64,000 nucleotides of DNA from an uncultured Gemmatimonadales bacterium. Lineage in GTDB: Bacteria; Gemmatimonadota; Gemmatimonadetes; Gemmatimonadales; GWC2-71-9. The stretch is from positions 288,001-352,000 of the forward strand of contig CAWGSK010000012.1 in assembly GCA_963825055.1 (NCBI GenBank). The letters run 5' to 3'. The stretch's first letter is position 1; the number at the start of each line of letters is the position of its first letter. The position numbers were made by a program, and so were the translations under genes. Under the pieces are notes generated by a model, which searched no databases, had not been told where the DNA came from, and saw only the letters and a list, made by a program, of their open reading frames with translations. Positions 28,901 through 39,595 of this stretch are shown here, one piece after another.

Positions 28901-31461
28901 TGCGATACACGTGGGTCCAGTCTTCCGCCACGGGCCGGCCCGCCTCCGACATGCTGGGGCGCACGGACGCCGAGGTTCTCGAAAACCCTGAGGATGCCGC
29001 GGCGCTGGCCGCCCTCAAGCGTTCCGTCCTCGAGACCGGGCGCGGACGGCGTGAGGAGATCTCGCTCCGGATCGACGGTCTCCTCCGCTGGTTCGACCTG
29101 ACGCTGGAGCCCCTCACCGAGCGCGGCGACGTCACCGGGGTGACCATCGTTTCCATGGAGATCACGCGGCTCAAGGATACCGAGGCCGAGCTGATCCGCT
29201 GGAAACAGTGGGTGGACGCCGCCGTGCGGGCGAGCGGGCTTGCCGTGTACGACTGGAACCACGGGACAGGGCACATCTCATGGGGCGGTGAGACTGGGTC
29301 GATCTTCGGCCTTGATCCGGCGGAGGTGGCCCGGAGCGGCAGGGACTGGGCGAGCCTGATCCACCCGGCAGACCGGGACTACTTCGAGGAACAGGTGCGG
29401 GCCAGCCTTGCTGGGCGCACCAGTTTGCGGGCGGAGTACCGGGTCCTGCACCATGACGGTCACTACGTCCACGTGGAAAACCGGGGTGACCTGCTTCCGG
29501 GGGAGGAAGAAGCTCCCGCCCGGATGGTCGGGTTTCTCACCGATGTGACCGATCGCATCGAGGCGGGGGAGCGCGACCGGCGCCTTGCCGCGATCGTGAC
29601 CACCTCCGATGATGCCATCCTGAGCGTCGATCCCGAGGGCGTCATCACCAGCTGGAATCCCGCCGCGGAGCGAATCTACGGGTACACCGCCGCGGAGGCC
29701 ATCGGGCGCCCGCTGGACCTCCTCGTGCCCCACGATGGGGTGGCTGAACGGACCTGGCTCGTCAACGCCATCCATCGCGGTGAGCGGGTTCGCCTGCGGG
29801 AATCCGAGCGGCGCCGGAAGGACGGAACCAGCGCCACGGTGCTTCTTACACTTTCTCCCCTGAGGGATGTGGGGGGGCGCCTGCGCGGCCTGGCCCTGGT
29901 GGAACGGGACATTACCGACCGCAAGCTGGTGGACGAGGCGCTCCGGACGAGCGAGGCGCGCTTTCGAACGGTCCTCAAGGGCTCCCCGATCTTCGTCTAC
30001 AGCCAGGACAGCGAGCTGCGGTACACCTGGCTGAGCGACACCGCCGATCATCGGGCCGTCGAGCAGATGCTGGGACGGACCGACGCGGAGCTTCTCGAGC
30101 GGTCGGCCGACGTGGAGGTCCTGGTGGCGCTCAAGCGCCGCGTGATGGAATCCGGGCGTGGCCTGCGCCAGGAAGTGGCGGTACGGATCGGCGGTCGTGA
30201 CCGGGTCTATGACCTCATTATCGAGCCGGACCGGGACGCAACGGGCCAGATCATGGGGGTCATGGGTGCAGGGATTGACATCACCGAGCGGAAACAGATC
30301 GAGGAGCAGCTCCGGCGGGCACACAAGCTCCAGGCGGTCGGCAAACTGGCCGGCGGGCTCGCCCACGAGGTCAACAACATGATGCAGGCCGTCATGGGGT
30401 TCGGCGGCATCGTGCGGAAGCGCCTGGGCGACGATCATCCCGAACGGCCCGACGTGGACGAGATCCTGAATGCGGCGCGGCGCGCGGCCAGCCTCACCCA
30501 GCAGTTGCTCGCCTTCAGCCGCCAGCAGGTGCTCCAGCCCCGACTGGTGGACGTCGGGGCGGTGGTGGAGGAGATGCACCCGACCCTGGGGCGCCTGCTG
30601 GGGGCGGACAAAGACCTGGAACTGGACATGGGTCCCCCGGGAGCATGCCGGGTGGACCGGGGGCAGCTCGAGGGGGTCCTGGTCAACCTCGTGCTGAACG
30701 CACGCGATGCGACGCCTCCCGGGGGCCAGGTCCGCATCAGCACCCGGCAGAGCACGCTGGATGACAGCTACCTCCGGCAACATCCGGGCGTGGAAATCCG
30801 GCCCGGGCCGTATGTTGTCCTTGCCGTGAGCGACACGGGCAGCGGCATGGATGCCGAAACCCGGGCCCGGGTGCTGGAACCGTTTTTTACGACCAAGCCG
30901 GTGGGCCAGGGCACCGGTCTCGGGCTGTCCACGGTCTATGGGATCGTCAAGCAGAGCGGGGGATACGTCTGGCTCTACAGCGAGCCGGGCGAGGGGACGG
31001 TGGTGAAGGTATACCTGCCGCTGGTGCAGGGCGAGGCGACCCGGGAGCCGGTGCGGGAGGACCGCGGAGTTGACACTCTGGGGGGCACGGAGACGATCCT
31101 GGTGATCGAGGACGAGGAGATCGTCCGGCGCATGGTGCGCACCGAACTGGTGGAGCAGGGGTACCGGGTCATCGAGGCGGTCAATGGCGCAGACGGCCTG
31201 GACCGGGTCGACGCTGAGCGCGACATCAAGCTGGTGCTCTGCGACGTGGTCATGCCGGTCATGTCGGGCAAGGTGGTGGGGGAGCAGGTGGCCGCTGTCC
31301 GGCCGGCGCTTCCGATCCTCTACATGTCAGGCTACACCGGCGAGGACATCGTTCATCGCGGGCTCCTCGACCCGACGGCCGACTTCATCTCCAAGCCGTT
31401 CTCCGGCGAGGTGCTGCTGCGCCGGGTGCGGGAGCTGCTTGACCGGGCGGCCGCCCGCTAG
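25777..31461 (+). CDS. CheB-CheR-multiPAS hybrid histidine kinase with receiver domain (true start probably about 25900-25965)
   Basis: GASAGG/H/GSDG CheB triad; GVTHFFRD, ACSTGEEAYS, SCRNLLIY CheR motifs; NEELQSANEE coiled coil; several PAS; LAHEVNN; GTGLGL; LCDVVMP. Confidence 0.93.
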   Translation: MAGGPARHRPRPGRCDLASGRWRWLPQRTPVQRCPGPGSTLLLKTLPGVEASAQAPGGRCVIVGLGASAGGLEAIRTLLDHMPSTEDMAFVYVPHLSASHQSLLPELLAQHTEMAVEQIRDGMRVEPNHFYVIAPGTGVTVQGGTLRTAPSGEHRPPSVIDEFFRSLAEDQGPHAVGVVLSGSGSDGALGVRAIKEHGGLALAQSPSTSRHEGMPLAAAATGMVDKVLDLEVIPEVLSDYVGFLRSLSACDGHEKLEGQVLELLPQISSLLYEATGHDFSRYKEKTLVRRIKRRLQLHQLDSAELYHSQLRSSPEEVERLFRDLLIGVTHFFRDAEAFEALERLVLEPLVTGADRSGGPVRIWVPACSTGEEAYSLAMLLSELRSTHGADIDVQIFATDIDDMALEVARRGQYPAAIEDQLSSERLEKHFTTHGSGYRIRNAIREMCVFSVHSVIKDPPFSRLDLVSCRNLLIYLATDLQRRVLPRFHFALRPGGCLFLGPAENASGFDGLFTTVDGRHRIFRRRDTVATVPAVSPLTALDWRAAAPTKGEPPGTSSADREGIRSLERVILEQYGPVCVVVNARQEVVYYSGRTSRYLEPPAGAPTVNVVNLARRGLRSRLRSALSAVMRTGVPLVQPAVTVLTEEGKETINLVVRPMPEARENAGLYVIVFQELAGPVEGAERRRTKSDGEDPVVQELEAELQSTRESLEATIDQLESSNEQLKSSNEELVAMNEELQSANEEYETSKEELQSINEEMSTINAELTEKIAQLDRANDDLRNLFRATGVGVIVLDADLLLRRFTPEAAGLFRLIPGDIGRPLSDVRSRVDDDVVEVAREVLATGSEVEQEVMRTEGNRTWIMRVTPYRSEADAIDGVVLSFADVTAIRRIESEKERLAEIVHYSEDAIIGKTLDGVVSAWNAGAERLFGYTPAEAVGRPVAELIVPPEGKAWLEEVFQRLRRGERVEPYEVDRQTKDGRLVRVLTSVSVIPGPEGVPSGLSAVMRDVTQRARALEALQQSEQRLRLALAGAPVFMANVDRELRYTWVQSSATGRPASDMLGRTDAEVLENPEDAAALAALKRSVLETGRGRREEISLRIDGLLRWFDLTLEPLTERGDVTGVTIVSMEITRLKDTEAELIRWKQWVDAAVRASGLAVYDWNHGTGHISWGGETGSIFGLDPAEVARSGRDWASLIHPADRDYFEEQVRASLAGRTSLRAEYRVLHHDGHYVHVENRGDLLPGEEEAPARMVGFLTDVTDRIEAGERDRRLAAIVTTSDDAILSVDPEGVITSWNPAAERIYGYTAAEAIGRPLDLLVPHDGVAERTWLVNAIHRGERVRLRESERRRKDGTSATVLLTLSPLRDVGGRLRGLALVERDITDRKLVDEALRTSEARFRTVLKGSPIFVYSQDSELRYTWLSDTADHRAVEQMLGRTDAELLERSADVEVLVALKRRVMESGRGLRQEVAVRIGGRDRVYDLIIEPDRDATGQIMGVMGAGIDITERKQIEEQLRRAHKLQAVGKLAGGLAHEVNNMMQAVMGFGGIVRKRLGDDHPERPDVDEILNAARRAASLTQQLLAFSRQQVLQPRLVDVGAVVEEMHPTLGRLLGADKDLELDMGPPGACRVDRGQLEGVLVNLVLNARDATPPGGQVRISTRQSTLDDSYLRQHPGVEIRPGPYVVLAVSDTGSGMDAETRARVLEPFFTTKPVGQGTGLGLSTVYGIVKQSGGYVWLYSEPGEGTVVKVYLPLVQGEATREPVREDRGVDTLGGTETILVIEDEEIVRRMVRTELVEQGYRVIEAVNGADGLDRVDAERDIKLVLCDVVMPVMSGKVVGEQVAAVRPALPILYMSGYTGEDIVHRGLLDPTADFISKPFSGEVLLRRVRELLDRAAAR

Positions 31462-33146
31462 CTGCGTCCCTCGGCCGGCCGGTGCCCGCCCAGGCGTTCG
31501 AGGCGGAATGCCGGCGCCTCGTACCCCTCCGCACGGTAGTCCTCGGGAATCGCAATGGTGTTCCCGTCCCGCTGCGCCCCATAGTGCGGCGACATGATCT
31601 CCACTCCCGCTTCGTTGAACTTGTCCTGGATCTGCTGGTGCAGCTCCGAGTAGATGCCGGCCATGACGCCGGGCGTCTCGGTGTACGCGTTCAACTCGTA
31701 GCTCACATAGAAATCGTCCAGGCTGGTCTGGAGGACGAACGGTTTCGGCATGTCCCGGATGCCCTCAGTGGCCCCGGCCGCGGCCAGGAGCAGTTCGTGG
31801 ACCTGCCGCCAGGGGACATCGTAGCCGATGGTGACGCCGGTGTGGAGAATGAGGCCCCGGTCGCGGGCGGAACTGCTGTAGTTCACGATGTGGCTCGATA
31901 GCACCATCGCGTTGGGGACGGTGATGTCCGTGTTCTTGATGGTCCGGATCCGGGTGACGAGCAGGGTCTTCTCGACCACGTCCCCTATGGTGTCCGCGAT
32001 CTTGACCCGGTCGCCGACCCGGAAGGGCCGCATGTACGTGAGGACCACCCCCGCGACGACGTTCGCGATGGCCGAGGAAGAGCCGAGGGAGAACAGCACA
32101 CCCACGAACACCGACACTCCCCTGAAGGCATCGCTGCCCGATCCGGGCAGGTAGGGGAAGACGATCACGACCCCGAACATGATGATCAGGAACCGCACGA
32201 TCTTGTACGTTGGCTCGGCCCAGTCCGGCGGAAAGTTGGGGAGCGCGAGGGTCCCGCCCGCGATGCCCTGGAAGACCAGGTGCACGAACTTGAGCACGTA
32301 CCGGATGACGAGCACGATCACGGCGATGAAGAACACGTTCGGCAGGTAGCTGAGGAACGAGGTTCCCACCTGCTTCAGCGGGTCGGTGACCCAGCCGAAG
32401 ATGTTGGACGCCACACCGCGGGTCCAGGGGAAGAAGCTCAGCACCAGCGGGAGGTAGAAGTAGAGCAGGATCACGATGGCCGCGATCCGGAACACGCGGG
32501 CGGCACCCTTCAGCAGGTCGGTCATCCGGGTGGCGCTCAAGACCTCGAGTCGCTGCAGGCGGAGCGCCGGAATGCGGGTCGAGCGCCATGACTCGAGCTT
32601 GAGCGAGACCAGGCGGTAGGACCGGTTAAGGCCCTTCAGCGCCAGGACCAGCACCGCCGTCGCCAGGAGCGTGAAGAGGGCGCCCAGGAGGATGGCCTTG
32701 ACGATGGTCCAGAAGCTCCCGCCCGCGAGGGCAGCCGAGATCCGGAGGGCCCGCTCCTGTGCGAGGACTGCGCGCGTCTTGCCCTCTGCGACCGCATCAG
32801 CGGCGGTCACCGTCGTGATGATCAGGTCGCCCAGCATGACGTCGGTTGTGCCCTCGCCCTCCAGGACCGTCAGGGAATCCCGGCGAAGCAGCGGTTCGTG
32901 CAGGATCTGGTCCAGCCTGGCACGCACGGCCTCGGCGCGCCGCGCTGCCGTGAACGGGCCCAGTCGGGTGCGGATTTCGAAGAGGGTATCACCCCGCAGG
33001 ACCACTGGCGCGCCAGGGCCCGCCTGGGGGGTCGTGTCGGGTGGGGTGCGGGAGCCGCTGTCCGCCTGCGCGCGGGCACGAGGGGACAGGATCGCCATGG
33101 CGAGGAGAACCAGGACGGTCAGGCGCCCGAGGGGAAGCCGGATCAT
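31458..33146 (-). CDS. MscS-family mechanosensitive channel with periplasmic N-terminal domain
   Basis: IANVVAGVVLTYMRPFRVGDRVKI, ITVPN, VTIGYDVPW, GVEIMSPHY. Confidence 0.93.
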   Translation of the reverse strand: MIRLPLGRLTVLVLLAMAILSPRARAQADSGSRTPPDTTPQAGPGAPVVLRGDTLFEIRTRLGPFTAARRAEAVRARLDQILHEPLLRRDSLTVLEGEGTTDVMLGDLIITTVTAADAVAEGKTRAVLAQERALRISAALAGGSFWTIVKAILLGALFTLLATAVLVLALKGLNRSYRLVSLKLESWRSTRIPALRLQRLEVLSATRMTDLLKGAARVFRIAAIVILLYFYLPLVLSFFPWTRGVASNIFGWVTDPLKQVGTSFLSYLPNVFFIAVIVLVIRYVLKFVHLVFQGIAGGTLALPNFPPDWAEPTYKIVRFLIIMFGVVIVFPYLPGSGSDAFRGVSVFVGVLFSLGSSSAIANVVAGVVLTYMRPFRVGDRVKIADTIGDVVEKTLLVTRIRTIKNTDITVPNAMVLSSHIVNYSSSARDRGLILHTGVTIGYDVPWRQVHELLLAAAGATEGIRDMPKPFVLQTSLDDFYVSYELNAYTETPGVMAGIYSELHQQIQDKFNEAGVEIMSPHYGAQRDGNTIAIPEDYRAEGYEAPAFRLERLGGHRPAEGRS

Positions 33147-33235
33147 GACACCTTGCCTGTTGGGAGCAGCGCTGGACGGAATCTGACCAAAGAAGGTGTG
33201 ACGGCCCGGGAGGCACAAGGGGCGGTGAACCCCGA

Positions 33236-33322
33236 CGGCGTGGGTGAGATTCGAACTCACGGAACCCTCGCGGGTTCGGCGGTTTTCAAGACCGCTGCAT
33301 TAAACCACTCTGCCACCACGCC
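33236..33322 (-). tRNA. tRNA-Ser(TGA)
   Basis: GGCGTGG/CCACGCC acceptor stem, anticodon loop CTTGAAA, long variable arm, GTTCGAAT. Confidence 0.95.
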
Positions 33323-33331
33323 CGGGGGTCC

Positions 33332-33360
33332 AACCTAGGGGACTCCGGGGAGGCGGGCAA
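33332..33360 (-). promoter_or_regulatory. Sigma70-type promoter of tRNA-Ser(TGA)
   Basis: TTGCCC-17 nt-TAGGTT, same architecture as the other tRNA-Ser promoter. Confidence 0.55.
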
Positions 33361-33442
33361 GCCGGTCCGGCGGGTGCCTTCCCCTGCGGTCGGGATGGGC
33401 CTGCTCCACGGCGAAGGACGCGACGAGGCACGCTCTCCGCTG

Positions 33443-33688
33443 TTATCCGGCAGAGGTTTTCTGGGCGGTCTCAGGCCACTCGACGGCGTGACGGAATTCG
33501 AAATGCTCACCCTTGACCGTCAGGGGACCCCGGGCGGTCGTGATGCGCGTGAGCCGGTCCCCCCTGAGGTTCAGCATGCGTTGAGTGACGCCCGGGAAGA
33601 GCGGCGCGACGTCATACCATTTGCTGGGGTCGAGCATGGGGTACATTGATGCATCCATAGGCTTGAGCTTGGCCTGCGAACGTCCCAT
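33443..33688 (-). CDS. Small hypothetical protein (81 aa)
   Basis: GGAGA RBS; MGRSQAKLKP...YPMLDPSKWYDV...GEHFEFR; fills the gap between tRNA and usp. Confidence 0.65.
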   Translation of the reverse strand: MGRSQAKLKPMDASMYPMLDPSKWYDVAPLFPGVTQRMLNLRGDRLTRITTARGPLTVKGEHFEFRHAVEWPETAQKTSAG

Positions 33689-33780
33689 GGGCGGTTCTCC
33701 GGTCAGGGCTCGGTATGGCGGGGGAGACTCAATGTAGCAAATACGGGCCTGCAGGCACATGCTCAAAAATCGGAGACTGA

Positions 33781-34635
33781 ATGAATTTGAGACACATTGT
33801 GGCCGGGGTGGACCTGAGCCCCGAGGGGACATGGGCCGGGGCCGTAGGCTGGCGACTTGCCGCCAGGGCAGGGATACCGTGCACAATGTTGCACGCTGTG
33901 CGGGAGGTCGAGCTCCCAGCCGGGATGGGCCCCGCGGGGGTGGATCTGGACGCTCAGGCGCGCCGGATCTCCCAGCAGATGGCCGTGGCACTCAGGGAGG
34001 CCATGGCCGGGAACGCCCCGGCAGAGTCCCGGGAGATGGTGGAGGTCCGGTTCGGGCGTCCGGCCAGGGTCGTGGTCGATGCCGCGCAGAAGCTCGGGGC
34101 CGGCCTGATCGTCCTGGGCGGCAAGAAGCACGACCGGGTGGACCGCTGGCTCGCGGGAAGTACCGTGCACGCGGCGATGCGAATCTCTCCTGTTCCGGTC
34201 CTGGCGGTGACCGGGTCGATCGCCGAGGTGGGGCGGATTCTGGTTGGCGTGGATCTTTCGGAATCGACTGCCGCGGTGGTGGAGGGGGCGCGGGCCCTGG
34301 CGCATCTCCTGAATGCGGACCTGCGGCTGGTTCATGCGATCGATCTTCCCCAGCTCACCAACCTCGAGGTGGAGCTCAACCTGGAGTCGGTGGCGGCCGC
34401 CGCCGAAGCCCGCATGGTGGAGGAAGCAGGGGAGGGGGCCGATGGTGTCGTGCGGCGCGGCCGGCCCCTCGACATCATTCGCGAGGAGGTACGCGAGTGG
34501 CGGCCGGACATCCTGGTGGTGGGAACCCACGGCCACGGAGCCGTCGACCGCTATTTCCTGGGGAGCGTGGCGGAGCAGCTCCTCCAGGAGCTGCCCGTCT
34601 CGCTGCTCGCCGTGCCGGTGGGAGGACCCCCCTAG
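33781..34635 (+). CDS. Tandem universal stress protein
   Basis: Two USP domains: IVAGVDLS...WLAGST...PVPVL and ILVGVDLS...GTHG...FLGSVAE. Confidence 0.93.
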   Translation: MNLRHIVAGVDLSPEGTWAGAVGWRLAARAGIPCTMLHAVREVELPAGMGPAGVDLDAQARRISQQMAVALREAMAGNAPAESREMVEVRFGRPARVVVDAAQKLGAGLIVLGGKKHDRVDRWLAGSTVHAAMRISPVPVLAVTGSIAEVGRILVGVDLSESTAAVVEGARALAHLLNADLRLVHAIDLPQLTNLEVELNLESVAAAAEARMVEEAGEGADGVVRRGRPLDIIREEVREWRPDILVVGTHGHGAVDRYFLGSVAEQLLQELPVSLLAVPVGGPP

Positions 34636-36818
34636 CGCCGCGACCGGCGGACGTTCTGCATGACCGCGCGGGCGACCGAGTCCGCCCGAATAGCCTGCGT
34701 CGTGTCGCCCTGTTCGAGGAGCGTGGAGCCCATCAGGCCGTACACCACCGAGTAGAGGGACAGGATCGGCGAACTTGGCGGGTCATACCACCCCTCCGGG
34801 CGATTGGCTGCCGCCGTCTTCCAGTGGTAGGCGTTCCACATCAGTTCCTCGGTCCGCGGCAGGTTGACGTAGCCAAAGCCTGCCGAGAGGACGATCGAGT
34901 CGTTCGGCGCCACCGGCGTCGGGTTGAGCCGCCGGACGAGTCCTTCCGTCACGAGGTAGGGCGAGAGCCCGAGAGTCCGGTCGGGATAATCCCCGGCGCT
35001 CAGGCTGAAGTAGATCGGGCGCCGGCCGAGGTTCTGCTTGATGAGCAGGGCTACGGCGACGTCCGCTTTTTCGAGCTGCTGGTAGCCGAAGCGGAGCGTC
35101 AGGTCCCCGAACCGGATGGTGCCGCCCTGCGGCGTCAGGCTCAGGTCGGGAATGGAGTCGAGTGCCGCCTCGGTCACGTCGAAGACCGGGAAATCGGGCC
35201 TCTCTGGCGTGCCCGGAGTGGAGTCGACCGCCGCAGTGTCGGTCAGGACATCGACCGGCTCGGCGGGCGTCGGCTTCCAGAGTTCGATGCTTCGCGACGG
35301 GTCGAAGCGCTCCACCTTGCGGCGTCGCAGTTGCCGCAGGTGCCAGTCCGTGTTGGCGAGCGAGAGATTGACAAGGGTCACGTCCCGCCGGACACCCTCG
35401 ACCTCCTGCGCGTACCACAGGGGGAATGTATCGTTGTCTCCGGCGGTGACGAGGATGCCATACGGCTCCACGGACTGGAGCAGGTCGACCGCCAGGTCGC
35501 GCGCCATGTGCTCGCCCGCCCGGCTGGCCGTACTGCGGTTGAACAGCACCGGGATCAGCGCCAGGGCCAGGACGGGTGAGGCCATGAGCCAGCGCTGTCG
35601 GGGGTTGCCCCGGTCCCGCAGGAAGGTGACGATCCATCCCATCAGGGACGCAAAGCCCGCCGCCACGAACACGCCCCACATCCCGAACGACACGATGAAG
35701 AAATAGTCCCGCTCGCGCACCTCGCGGATGAGGTCGGTCCGTTCCGGGTGGATGGAGTACCCGTACTTGAAGTTCAGGTAGAAGACGAGGGCCACCGTGA
35801 ACGTGCCGAGGAGCGCAGCGGCGCCCCAGAAGGACTTGCGGTCGGCGGCCCAGAGCCCGAGCAGCCCGCCCACGCCCAGCATCCCGAACAGCACCGCCGC
35901 CAGCCGCCCGAACCAGCTGCAGCCGGGCGTGAAGCCACGGGTGCAGTCGCCGGCAAACTGCCAGGAGAAGTACTGGAGGTAGTTCTGGTACTGGGACAGG
36001 ATGCTGGCCTGCCGGTCGAAGATGGACGGCTTGCCGTACTGCTTGCGGTTGAGCACGTCGCTCAGCGCATGCAGGGACGTGGGCTCGCCCTCGTTGATGC
36101 CGGGGAAATGTGGGGCCCGGACCAGCAGGAAGCCGTTCAGGGAGAAGCCGACAATGACCACCGCGACCATCGCCGCCAGCATGCCCGGTCGGAGGAAGAC
36201 CCGCCAGTCGTTCATCAGGACGTACAGCACCACCATCGGGGCCACGAGGACGCCCATCATGTGGTTGGTGCTGGAGAGGGCCGTGACGTACACGACCAGG
36301 ATCAGCAGGCGGTCCCGCTTCGGCCCCGGGGCCAGGTCCGCCCAGTGCACGGTGAGCCAGGCCGTGAGCGCGATCGTGAGAAGCGAGACCGTGTAGACCT
36401 TCTCGTTCACCGTGGACTGGTTCCAGACGGTCCACGCCGTAGCGCCGACGATGGCCCCCGCCACCGCGGTGGCGATGCGGACGCCCCGGGCCGGCACCAT
36501 GGCGCGGAGCCACCGCTCCGCCACCAGGAACCAGAACGCGGCGGAGGCGGCGCTGGTGACGGCCGCAAAGAGGTTGATCCGCTCCGCGTATGATGCCGCG
36601 AGCGGCAATGCGCCCCAGGTATGGGCCAGGAGGGTAAAGAGCGGATTACCCGGAGGATGCGGAATGCCCAGGGTGTACGCCGCCGCGATGTACTCGGAGG
36701 TGTCCCAGAACGCGGTGGTCGGTGCCAGCGTGGCCATGTAGATGGCCAGGACGGCGGCGCCGACCGCCACGGCCCACCAGTAGGGGGGGCGCTGCTGCTC
36801 GATGGTCAGGTCCGTCAT
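34632..36818 (-). CDS. DUF2723 (TMEM260-like) membrane glycosyltransferase
   Basis: TLAPTTAFWDTSEYI, GIPHPPG, EVRERDYFF, GDNDTFPLWY; many TM segments. Confidence 0.88.
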   Translation of the reverse strand: MTDLTIEQQRPPYWWAVAVGAAVLAIYMATLAPTTAFWDTSEYIAAAYTLGIPHPPGNPLFTLLAHTWGALPLAASYAERINLFAAVTSAASAAFWFLVAERWLRAMVPARGVRIATAVAGAIVGATAWTVWNQSTVNEKVYTVSLLTIALTAWLTVHWADLAPGPKRDRLLILVVYVTALSSTNHMMGVLVAPMVVLYVLMNDWRVFLRPGMLAAMVAVVIVGFSLNGFLLVRAPHFPGINEGEPTSLHALSDVLNRKQYGKPSIFDRQASILSQYQNYLQYFSWQFAGDCTRGFTPGCSWFGRLAAVLFGMLGVGGLLGLWAADRKSFWGAAALLGTFTVALVFYLNFKYGYSIHPERTDLIREVRERDYFFIVSFGMWGVFVAAGFASLMGWIVTFLRDRGNPRQRWLMASPVLALALIPVLFNRSTASRAGEHMARDLAVDLLQSVEPYGILVTAGDNDTFPLWYAQEVEGVRRDVTLVNLSLANTDWHLRQLRRRKVERFDPSRSIELWKPTPAEPVDVLTDTAAVDSTPGTPERPDFPVFDVTEAALDSIPDLSLTPQGGTIRFGDLTLRFGYQQLEKADVAVALLIKQNLGRRPIYFSLSAGDYPDRTLGLSPYLVTEGLVRRLNPTPVAPNDSIVLSAGFGYVNLPRTEELMWNAYHWKTAAANRPEGWYDPPSSPILSLYSVVYGLMGSTLLEQGDTTQAIRADSVARAVMQNVRRSRR

Positions 36819-36843
36819 GATCTCGTCGATGAAATGGTCGTGC

Positions 36844-38373
<1,530 letters not shown>

Positions 38374-38383
38374 GGCTCTCCCT

Positions 38384-38986
38384 TCATGAACGAGTCTCCT
38401 CCGGCGGTAATGGAACGGGCCGCCCCGCGCGGGCGGCGGCCAGTACGACGGCGGGCAGCAGGCGGTGCTCGGCCTCCAGCACGCGGGCGGCAAGGGTGGC
38501 GGGTGTGTCCCCGGCCAGGACAGGCACCGTCATGCGGGCCAGTACCGGGCCGCGATCGTACACCTCGTCCACCAGGTGAACGCTCGCGCCGCTCTCGTGC
38601 GCGCCGCTCGCGAGCACTGCCTCGTGCACCCGGCGACCGTACATGCCGGGGCCGCCGAAGTCGGGCAGGAGGGACGGGTGGATGTTCAGGATCCGGCCTT
38701 CCCGTGCGCGCACGACCTCCGGGGGGACGAGCTTGAGGTAACCCGCCAGCACGAGCAGGTCGACCCGGTGCCGCTCGAGGAGCGCCAGCCACTCACCGGG
38801 ACTGACGGGGTCGGCGAGGACCACCGCCGGGACCCCTTGCTTTCGCGCCCGCTCCAGGCCGCCCGCTTCCTTCCGGTTGCTGAGGACCAGTACGACGATG
38901 GCCGGCGCTCCCGCCCCCAGCGCGTCCAGCAGCGCCTGGAGATTGGAGCCGCCGCCCGACACCGCAACCGCCACCCGCATGGTCAT
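38384..38986 (-). CDS. purN: Phosphoribosylglycinamide formyltransferase
   Basis: SGGGSNLQAL, LAGYL, LNIHPSLLP, SGASVH. Confidence 0.96.
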   Translation of the reverse strand: MTMRVAVAVSGGGSNLQALLDALGAGAPAIVVLVLSNRKEAGGLERARKQGVPAVVLADPVSPGEWLALLERHRVDLLVLAGYLKLVPPEVVRAREGRILNIHPSLLPDFGGPGMYGRRVHEAVLASGAHESGASVHLVDEVYDRGPVLARMTVPVLAGDTPATLAARVLEAEHRLLPAVVLAAARAGRPVPLPPEETRS

Positions 38987-38996
38987 CGCGCGGGGG

Positions 38997-39025
38997 AAAC
39001 TATCACCGCGAGGCGGGCCGGGTAA
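38997..39025 (-). promoter_or_regulatory. Putative sigma70 promoter for purN-purH
   Basis: TTACCC-17 nt-TAGTTT. Confidence 0.45.
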
Positions 39026-39028
39026 GGT

Positions 39029-39595
39029 TCACCGGTCATCGAGTCGTCGTGCCGCAAGGATGCGCCGGGCCGCCGTGGCGAGGTCGGGGGCGGTGGCGAC
39101 CGGATCAAGGGATCCCGGGTGGTCGTCGTCCGCGGGGCTGCCGGGTTGCTGGATCAGGACGCCGCGGCCGCCGAGCGTGCGCGCAGGCAGCACGTCCCGG
39201 CGCCGGTCGCCCACCCACCAGCTCCGCGCCAGGTCAAGCCCGAATTGCTCCGCCGCCACGCGAAAGAGCGCAGTCCCGGGCTTGCGGCAGTCGCAGGGGC
39301 CGGTCAGCTCGGGATGGTGGGGGCAGTGGTACTGCGCATCGAGGCCCGCGCCCTCCGCGGCGAGCAGGTCCTCCAGCCGCCGGCTGGTGGCCGCGTACTG
39401 CTCCTCGGTCAGGAACCCCCGCGCAATGCCGGACTGGTTGGTCACCACGATCACCCGCGCACCCGCCTGTCCAAGCGCGGCCACGGCCTCCGCGGCGCCC
39501 GGCAGCAGGCGGACCTGCGCGGGGTCGGAGATGTATCCCGGGTCCTCGATGAGGGTTCCGTCACGGTCAAGGAACACCGCCCACGGCGCGCTCAC
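39029..39595 (-). CDS. gmhB: D,D-heptose-1,7-bisphosphate phosphatase (HAD IIIA)
   Basis: FLDRDGTL, VTNQSGIARG, CPHHP...CDCRKP, VGD. Confidence 0.88.
   Translation of the reverse strand: MSAPWAVFLDRDGTLIEDPGYISDPAQVRLLPGAAEAVAALGQAGARVIVVTNQSGIARGFLTEEQYAATSRRLEDLLAAEGAGLDAQYHCPHHPELTGPCDCRKPGTALFRVAAEQFGLDLARSWWVGDRRRDVLPARTLGGRGVLIQQPGSPADDDHPGSLDPVATAPDLATAARRILAARRLDDR

Noticed and set aside
33236..33322. tRNA-Sec (suggested by selA nearby)
   Set aside because: Anticodon is TGA (reads UCA, Ser), not TCA; the acceptor stem is a normal 7 bp.
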